Below are positions 58,301-64,000 of a DNA stretch of 64,000 bases, piece by piece (within the stretch, counting starts at the first letter, position 1; every line of letters begins with the position of its first letter). A program made the position numbers and the translations under genes. A model generated the notes under the pieces. That model did no database searches. It was not told where the DNA came from and worked only from the letters and a program-made list of their open reading frames with translations. Source of the stretch: Thermoplasmata archaeon (GTDB taxonomy: Archaea; Thermoplasmatota; DTKX01; VGTL01); the NCBI GenBank assembly GCA_038851035.1, contig JAWCLH010000005.1, forward strand, positions 51,251-115,250. The letters run 5' to 3'.

Positions 58301-61077
58301 TCAACGTTGGATAGATCGTAAACGTTCCTGCCCTTCTGCTGGAGGAGGTTCAAGGGCCCGACCCTGCGCATGATGTAGAGGATGTCCGCCTTCTGGTCAA
58401 TCCTCATCTCCTTTCCACGGAAGTAAGCTCTCACGTCCTCGACCGAGAAGCGTGGCGCCATTGCGCCGCTTTCCTGAAATGCCCTGCTCAGCACACGTCT
58501 GTGCAACTCCCTCAGGAGCGCGGATCGGTCTTCCATGAGCACAATGTCCGATATACCCATAAGCACGAGACTGTGCGCGAAGGGCGAGGGCAGATCCGTT
58601 GGGCCCTGGTAGCAAACCTCAAGTCGCCCCTTCTTTATTCCCTCCACGACCTTCATTGCACCCTCAATGTCCATCGCATCCTGAAATATCTCGTTGAATG
58701 TCTCCGCCATGACCGGGAACTCCTCGTCGTCCAGCAGCTCCAGAATCCGGGAGGCGTGGTAGAGCTGGCGCGAGACCGGTATCTCCCTCCCCTTGTAGTT
58801 TCTGAGAATCATGAAGCTGCGCATCGCGCAGTGCCTGAACCTCTGCTTGAAGAGCTCCGTGCCCTTCACTGAGGCCCTCAAAAGTCTCTCGAGGTTCTCC
58901 GGGGTCACCAGCTTCTCGATTTTCTTGAGAGGTATTTCCTTCGGCAGAGTGATAAGGAAGCCATCATCGGATAGGGATATAGAGGCGTTGACTCCGTACT
59001 CCTTCGTCAGCGCATAGGCGTAGGCCCTCGAGAGGGCGTCGTTTGTTCTTCTGCCGAAGCAGTAGTGGAAAATTAGATTGAAGTTCCCCCTACCATCCCT
59101 GTACCCCTCTATGACCAGGCGCCGGTCGGTGGGTATTTTCGGAGAGATGGCGAGCTGCTCCTTAAAGTAACTAATGATGCTTTTCGCCGACCCGGGGTCG
59201 CATCTGTATTCCTTCATCAGCCATTCCTGCAGCCCTTCACCTGATTTCGAAACGAGACGCTTGGCCATCTCCGCCCTGAACCTCCCAATCTCGAGCGAGA
59301 GGTCGAATGTGCGGGGGAGCATCTCACCGCTCCAGGATGGAACTGTAGGTCTCCTGCCCCGGGCGTCCTTGACAAAGACCTTCATTCCGCGCGATCGGTC
59401 GAACTCGTAGGTCTTCCCCCCCAGAAGAAAAATGTCCCCGCTCCTCAGCCTCTCGACAAACTTCTCGGAGAGGGTGCCGAGCGGTACGCCCTTCTCTGAG
59501 AAGACCTTGTAGGAAGACTCCTCAGGAATCGTTCCCCCGTTAAGGAAAAAAATCATCCTACTGCCCTTCCGGATTCCGAAGGTCCGATCCTCATCTCTGT
59601 AGGAAATTTTCGCATAGGCCTCACCCTCGAGCGAGTGTCTGCCCGCGAGATAGCTGAGCACGGAGTAGAACCGCTCCTCCGGCATGTCCCGGTAGCAGTA
59701 GGAGCGCCTGATGAGCGCAAGCGCCTCCTCCGCGCCCCAGCGCCTCTCGAGAGACATTCCGACCAATGTCTGAGCGAGTACGTCCAGGCAGCCCTTTGGT
59801 ATCTGAATTCTGTCTATGTTACCTGCATAGGCGTTTTTGACCAACACCGAGCACTCCACGAGGTCGTCGTTGTCGAACACAATGATTCTACCTTTCGGCG
59901 TTTCATAGACCCCGTGCCCGGCCCTCCCTATCCGCTGAATACCCTTCGCAATCGACTTGGGGGAGCCGATCTGGCAGACTAGGTCTATGTGGCCGATGTC
60001 TATTCCCAGCTCCAGCGATGTCGAGCAGACCACAGCTCTGAGTTTCCCGCTCCTGAGCCCCTCCTCGACCTCGAGCCGGGTCTCCTTGCTCAAGCTGCCG
60101 TGGTGGGCGGCGATGCCCTCCACACCCCTCTCTTTTAGCTTGTGGACCACTGTCTCCGTCCCGCTCCGCGTGTTTGTGAATATCAGGGTTGTCCTGTGTT
60201 TCTCGATTAGCTCCTTCAGTTTGTCGTACATCTTCCAGTTCGCGACTTCGTAGGGAACGGCGCTCAGGTCCTCCACTGGGCAGAGGATGCTCAGGTCTAG
60301 GCCTTTCTGCGCACTTGCGACGGCGATGGACACGGGCCTGAGCCTCCCCCTATTGTCGTATCCGACTAGGAACTTAGCTATCTCTGTGATTGGGGCCTGG
60401 GTGGCCGAGAGCCCTATCCGAGTGAACTCGCTACTACAGTACGCCTGCAGCCTCTCGAGGGTTAGGGAGAGGAGAACCCCCCTCTTCGAGCTGCACACCT
60501 CGTGGATTTCGTCCACAATAACATAGCGGACGCCCATGAAGTTCTCCCGGAATCTGGGCGCGGAGAGCACCATCGAGAGCGATTCTGGCGTAGTGATGAA
60601 GAGGTGGGGGGGGAGCCTTGCCATCTTCTGCCTCTCATAGGCGCTGGTGTCGCCCGAGCGGACCGCGACCCTTATGCGCGGCCCCTCCCCGCCCCTGGAT
60701 TTCGCAAGCGCCCTCAGCTCCCTGAGGGGGGCTTGGAGGTTCTTCTCGATGTCGTTTGCCAAGGCCTTCAGTGGGGATATGTAAATACAGTAGATTCTGT
60801 CCTCCAGCTTCCCGCTCTCCTGAAGTACCAGAAGCTCGTTGATTATGGATAGAAAAGCGGTGAGGGTCTTCCCGCTACCAGTTGGCGAAGATATCAGCAC
60901 ATTCTCCTGAGCATGAATCAGGGGGATGGCTAGGGCCTGCGGCTCGGTCAGCTCCCTGAACTTCCCCCTGAACCAATCCCTGACCAGGGGATGCATCAGA
61001 GAGAGCATCTCCTCGAGCGTGTGCCTCTTCGTTACGAACCTAATGCCCAACCGGCCATTCCTCCTTGGATTAATCAA
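55348..61077 (-). CDS. lhr: Lhr-like large superfamily 2 helicase (DEXH box) with long C-terminal extension
   Basis: 1909 aa. Motif I SSPTGSGKTLTAFL, motif II VIVDEIHEV, motif VI QRIGRAGH. The N-terminal ~900 aa resemble Lhr core. The remaining ~1000 aa have no recognised motif and end in an acidic/Gly-rich tail. Confidence 0.75.
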   Translation of the reverse strand: MINPRRNGRLGIRFVTKRHTLEEMLSLMHPLVRDWFRGKFRELTEPQALAIPLIHAQENVLISSPTGSGKTLTAFLSIINELLVLQESGKLEDRIYCIYISPLKALANDIEKNLQAPLRELRALAKSRGGEGPRIRVAVRSGDTSAYERQKMARLPPHLFITTPESLSMVLSAPRFRENFMGVRYVIVDEIHEVCSSKRGVLLSLTLERLQAYCSSEFTRIGLSATQAPITEIAKFLVGYDNRGRLRPVSIAVASAQKGLDLSILCPVEDLSAVPYEVANWKMYDKLKELIEKHRTTLIFTNTRSGTETVVHKLKERGVEGIAAHHGSLSKETRLEVEEGLRSGKLRAVVCSTSLELGIDIGHIDLVCQIGSPKSIAKGIQRIGRAGHGVYETPKGRIIVFDNDDLVECSVLVKNAYAGNIDRIQIPKGCLDVLAQTLVGMSLERRWGAEEALALIRRSYCYRDMPEERFYSVLSYLAGRHSLEGEAYAKISYRDEDRTFGIRKGSRMIFFLNGGTIPEESSYKVFSEKGVPLGTLSEKFVERLRSGDIFLLGGKTYEFDRSRGMKVFVKDARGRRPTVPSWSGEMLPRTFDLSLEIGRFRAEMAKRLVSKSGEGLQEWLMKEYRCDPGSAKSIISYFKEQLAISPKIPTDRRLVIEGYRDGRGNFNLIFHYCFGRRTNDALSRAYAYALTKEYGVNASISLSDDGFLITLPKEIPLKKIEKLVTPENLERLLRASVKGTELFKQRFRHCAMRSFMILRNYKGREIPVSRQLYHASRILELLDDEEFPVMAETFNEIFQDAMDIEGAMKVVEGIKKGRLEVCYQGPTDLPSPFAHSLVLMGISDIVLMEDRSALLRELHRRVLSRAFQESGAMAPRFSVEDVRAYFRGKEMRIDQKADILYIMRRVGPLNLLQQKGRNVYDLSNVDFETTKRWALELIRDGQAVFAWCNGPVWVPAEELPAYYAIYADKRKPGSAEKRVLLMLKRGKKLPYDAGSQAALRRLEQAYLVERLPDDPDGRPVYKPRDVSRIPRVDLQNALRRRVLQTLEFGGPMSLAELAFALALDEASVEQVLTSLEEEGQVSSGSFTEASGATQYMLTKDRLRLEARTNGARTFDESQVMQFLLKKQFYGFQSINDYFSRLYEAGMAYDLFNRLESFDLETWWEMRRKGEVLNGRFFHGRVGYIRASDAPLYVSVYRKEQLSQLDEEVLMFFRKNPGSTFSELVEGFSEKRVSREELKEALDKLDRNLYLVRGFFEKREWSSRNRYFCFDIEGGEKGAEEKLLIRVLEAYGPLHIGGIKSATGFDYDFLVEKLQQLEERGEVERIISVGTSPIDLYILKRELPELERVMPGEVRDRMRILSLYDPYVRRLWAEVANRYGEGWFFPVIKNGILIGMVEKWQMSGCVDVRDISLDDTSLLPELLDELDFVMGYYRSMGTDIIRVRRVFGKSIDELERRHLDTFLSKGYQVVQGNLLKGEFVPNVFPKGKALAYLLWKQHIHPENRFKHTLEAAQYMGGLRSDFEAGIRVQLFTPLWRLVRAGALLSCLGIPEHLLNCLPSDVLLYKKAKNRPVDEEMREVLGAIPLYTPISRADLSRRVSLSHEAFSEALKKLYAGLFVIRDSKNRYVLTKESQLTVEEARRRVLRRIVENFGLVNAEALSAYVKHEFKMAELRGLLKEWENEGWLVKGYLVEGSEALFWIIKEDLDKVPQMEFRERVVLSPSDALSHYMAQEIRDRFGMGACFVVLDGTEMTGAFKATVRAGVLTITQMIGERTEEAAREFARRWGLRIEFSEKDAGRPTDEWELISWYERRFLKKTEERAEEKEAEAGEGAGGDVSPEGGGGAGEEVVEDGEEEAGLIGEVKGFSVRRSNGPGEELRERSLPQREMGEGPEKGKRGERRRGGKEESYFR

Positions 61078-61195
61078 TAGTCATTAGAGCTGGTGGTAAT
61101 AAATATTTTCTAGATACGACAGACCGTTTTATATAGATTTAAATAATCATAGACCCCTCACATTTATTACCCCGGAAGCAGCTTAGTGTTAACGG

Positions 61196-62083
61196 GTGAC
61201 GTCCTTTTTGAAGCGGGCCACAACAAATGAGGCAAAGGGCGTGAGGACCGCTCCGGAGCACCAGCGTAGCTCTCTCTTCGTCGCGGGGCCGTCCCATCGG
61301 TCCGCGCCCCAATCTCTCCCCCTCCTCTGCGCCTTCCTTTTCCTAAAAAGGAAAAGGGCCCTTGCTACAGCAGTGGCTTCCGCGGACCCTAGCCATCCGC
61401 CATGGATGGCTCCCCCTCCAGCCTCGGCACCTCCGAGGGTACCAGGGCCACTCCAAAAATTCCGGAGCTCACACTCCATCCCCGCCCAGCATTCCGCATC
61501 GGTGCCGGTCAGACCTCCGGCGCAGGAAAGTAGGGCGTGTTCTGTAGTTCCGCAGCCCACTCCCCCAACTCATGCACAATTTCCCTATTACTATTCTCAA
61601 CCGGCCGCTGCCCCTCAGCCCGGCATCTTCACGTCTCTCCCCTCACGCCCAACGCCCCATACACAGTCCCAAGACACTGAGGAGCGCCCATCGCCTGGGC
61701 CCCTCTACGAACTCCTTGGTATCACAGGCGTGGAAGGCCGTCGCCAGCCACCTCCTCCAAAGGTAGTTAGAGAATTCCATCCCCCGCCGCCCCGCATCGT
61801 GGGCGAGATTCCCTCCTCGCCCCCGAGAATAGTTTCCGCAACACCTCGCCCCTGTGCACCCCCGACTGCCCCGCCCGCTTCCACCCATCCAGAGCCTCAG
61901 GTCCCGACGCTCTTTCTCGACAACGTCCCCGTCATCGAGCTCCCGAAGCCCCCCGAGAGGCCTCACTTCATAACCCCTCCGCCCCCAGATAGCTGGTTCA
62001 AGCCCCAGGAGATGGTGGCTCGGGGAGCCGAAGTCGACCCGACCCTGCCCTACAATCCATGGGAGGAGAGAAGGAAGAGATGA
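61196..62083 (+). CDS. Hypothetical proline-rich low-complexity protein (may be non-coding)
   Basis: 295 aa ORF very rich in P/S/A with PPPP runs. A 123-aa ORF on the opposite strand overlaps it. GC-rich region where long spurious ORFs are common. Confidence 0.2.
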   Translation: MTSFLKRATTNEAKGVRTAPEHQRSSLFVAGPSHRSAPQSLPLLCAFLFLKRKRALATAVASADPSHPPWMAPPPASAPPRVPGPLQKFRSSHSIPAQHSASVPVRPPAQESRACSVVPQPTPPTHAQFPYYYSQPAAAPQPGIFTSLPSRPTPHTQSQDTEERPSPGPLYELLGITGVEGRRQPPPPKVVREFHPPPPRIVGEIPSSPPRIVSATPRPCAPPTAPPASTHPEPQVPTLFLDNVPVIELPKPPERPHFITPPPPDSWFKPQEMVARGAEVDPTLPYNPWEERRKR

Positions 62084-62203
62084 GCCTCTTCCACTTCACA
62101 GAATGGGGCGGCATCTCCTGAGATGTAGGGCTGAGTCTGGAGTCTTGCCACGCGGGTGTGCCTTTACCAAAACATTATTATCGGTTACGGTGCTCGCCGG
62201 GTC

Positions 62204-63184
62204 GAGATGGCCATCATAGAAGCGAGGGGACTGACCCGTACATTCGGCAGAATTCGGGCTGTGGACGGCCTCGACCTGAGCATCGAGAGGGGCGAGATAT
62301 TCGGCCTGCTAGGTCCAAACGGCGCTGGCAAGACGACGACGATAGGGATGCTCTGCACAATCATCAAACCGACCTCAGGAACCGCCAGCGTCGCCGGGCA
62401 CGACATCGTCCGCGACCCGGCCGGGGTTAGGAGAAAGGTGGGCATCGTCTTCCAGGACCCCACGCTCGACACTGTTCTCACGGGCAGGGAGAATCTCGAG
62501 CTGCACGGGATGCTCTATGGAATTCCGCGGGAGGTCAGGCGGAGGAGAATTCAGGAGCTGTTGGAACTCGTGGACCTCGTGGACAGGGCGGACGACGTCA
62601 CCCGGACCTACTCCGGAGGAATGAGGAGGAGGCTGGAGCTCGCGCGCGGGCTGCTGCACAGGCCAGCGGTCCTGTTCCTCGACGAGCCAACGCTCGGCCT
62701 GGACCCCCAGACGCGGGCCAGGACCTGGGAATACATAAAGAAAATGGCGAGCACGGAGCAGACCACTGTCGTCCTGACCACGCACTACATGGAGGAGGCG
62801 GAGCAGGTCTGCGACCGGATTGGAATAATTGACCATGGAAAGATAATCGCCCTCGGGAAGCCCTCCGAGCTCAGGGATGCCCTCGGGGGCTACATGGTCG
62901 TTCTTAAGGTCAGGGACCCGCCCGTTGAGAAAATAAGAGCCCTCCCCTATGTCTCGGATGTTAAGCTAAACGCGGGTTTGGTCGAGATAGCGATGAGGGA
63001 GGCCCACCTCCACCTCCCGGACCTTCTTTCGAGGGTGCCCGGCGTGGAGTGCGTGGAGACGCGTGTCCCGACTCTGAACGACGTCTTTATCAAGCTCACC
63101 GGGCGAGACATCAGGGACGAGAGCGGCGAGGACAGCGGCGGCTGGGTCGAGAGCGTGGCGAGGTTCCGGCAGAGGGGGAGGTAG
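62204..63184 (+). CDS. ABC transporter ATP-binding protein (ABC-2 / NatA-like exporter type)
   Basis: Start at MAIIEARGLTRTFG. Walker A GPNGAGKTTT, Q-loop, signature YSGGMRRRLELARGL, Walker B VLFLDEPTLGLD, H-loop TTHYMEEA. Confidence 0.85.
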   Translation, partial: EMAIIEARGLTRTFGRIRAVDGLDLSIERGEIFGLLGPNGAGKTTTIGMLCTIIKPTSGTASVAGHDIVRDPAGVRRKVGIVFQDPTLDTVLTGRENLELHGMLYGIPREVRRRRIQELLELVDLVDRADDVTRTYSGGMRRRLELARGLLHRPAVLFLDEPTLGLDPQTRARTWEYIKKMASTEQTTVVLTTHYMEEAEQVCDRIGIIDHGKIIALGKPSELRDALGGYMVVLKVRDPPVEKIRALPYVSDVKLNAGLVEIAMREAHLHLPDLLSRVPGVECVETRVPTLNDVFIKLTGRDIRDESGEDSGGWVESVARFRQRGR

Positions 63185-64000
63185 ATGGCGGGGGGAAAAG
63201 AGGCAGAGCAGAGCGCCGGACCGGCCGGCAAGGGCGGGGGCTCCAGACCGGCAGATGGCCCGGCGCCACCACCCCATGATGCAGAGGCAGGGCTCAGGAG
63301 CGGCGGCTCCTCTGGCTCTGTCTCCCCCTCCCGAAGCACACGACCGGCGCAAGAGGGGGTCACGGAACCACCGGCTCTGATGCGCGAGCTCGGGGGCGTC
63401 GCCGCTGTGTGGTACAGGGAGTTCAAGGTCTTCACGCGCGAGAGGAGCCGGGTGGTCTCGAGCCTCGTCTCGCCCCTGATGTGGCTCTTCCTGTTCGGAA
63501 CGGGCGTGGGCTCGGCGGTTGATATCGGGGGCGTGGACTACCGGTCCTACATCTACCCGGGGATACTGGCGATGGCCGTGCTCTTCGGCTCGGTCTTCTT
63601 CGGGCTCTACATCGTGTGGGACCGGAAGCTCGACGTCCTCAAGGCGGTGCTCGTCGCGCCTGTATCGAGAATAAGCATATTCTTCGGCAAGGTTCTGGGG
63701 GGGTGCACCGACGTCATCATCCAGGCCTCTGTACTCCTCCTACTCTCCTTCCTGTTTCCCTCGGTCAACCCCTGGGGCATCCCCCTCGCCCTCCTGATTC
63801 TTCTGGTCACGGCGATAGCGATGGTCTCGCTCGGCCTCGCCATCGGCTCCCTCTTCGAGAGCCTCGAGGGCTTTCAGGTCGTCTCAACGTTCCTCGTTTT
63901 CCCCCTCTTTTTCCTCTCGGGGGCCCTCTTCCCCGTGGACGAGAGGCTCCCGGGCTGGCTGCTGGGCGCGGTCAGGCTCAACCCGCTCGGCTATACCGTG
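63185..64000 (+). CDS. ABC-2 family permease (partial, continues past window end)
   Basis: TAGATG junction with the ATPase gene. After a low-complexity N-terminus the sequence shows the ABC-2 pattern (WYREFKVFTRERSRVVSSLVSPLMWLFLFG...) with multiple TM helices. No stop before the window end. Confidence 0.65.
   Translation, partial: MAGGKEAEQSAGPAGKGGGSRPADGPAPPPHDAEAGLRSGGSSGSVSPSRSTRPAQEGVTEPPALMRELGGVAAVWYREFKVFTRERSRVVSSLVSPLMWLFLFGTGVGSAVDIGGVDYRSYIYPGILAMAVLFGSVFFGLYIVWDRKLDVLKAVLVAPVSRISIFFGKVLGGCTDVIIQASVLLLLSFLFPSVNPWGIPLALLILLVTAIAMVSLGLAIGSLFESLEGFQVVSTFLVFPLFFLSGALFPVDERLPGWLLGAVRLNPLGYTV

Noticed and set aside
61189-61560. 123-aa ORF (-) overlapping the proline-rich ORF 61196..62083
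   Set aside because: Neither ORF has recognisable features. Only the longer one is listed, at low confidence. The region may be non-coding.

Overview
This window is a high-GC (roughly 60%+) archaeal chromosomal segment, euryarchaeal in flavour. The archaeal assignment rests on class I LysRS, an A1AO ATP synthase operon atpHIKECFA..BD, the rpl7ae-rps28e-rpl24e-infB cluster, Sec61beta, RPA, aCPSF-like beta-CASP nuclease and archaemetzincin. It carries about 55 protein genes, four tRNA genes, a four-gene group 3b [NiFe] (sulf)hydrogenase operon, transporters, and many large secreted proteins with PKD/CARDB domains and a C-terminal membrane anchor, including M28 (x2) and M1 metallopeptidases. The three most unusual observations are these. 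First, a bacterial-type glutaminyl-tRNA synthetase gene is flanked on both sides by tRNA-Gln(CUG)-like genes; one has G73 plus an encoded CCA, the other has A73 and an aberrant anticodon loop. Second, a 3.2 kb secreted M1 aminopeptidase gene sits between atpA and atpB inside the ATP synthase operon. Third, two separate tRNA genes (Val, and an intron-containing Thr) are each followed by a short direct duplication of their 3' end plus flank. Smaller points are a C/D-like k-turn in the L7Ae 5'UTR, a histidine ammonia-lyase with Ala-Cys-Gly instead of Ala-Ser-Gly at the MIO position, and two low-GC islets with hypothetical membrane proteins. No CRISPR array, integrase, transposase or recognisable defence system was seen. 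All calls come from reading the sequence and ORF translations by eye; no searches were run.
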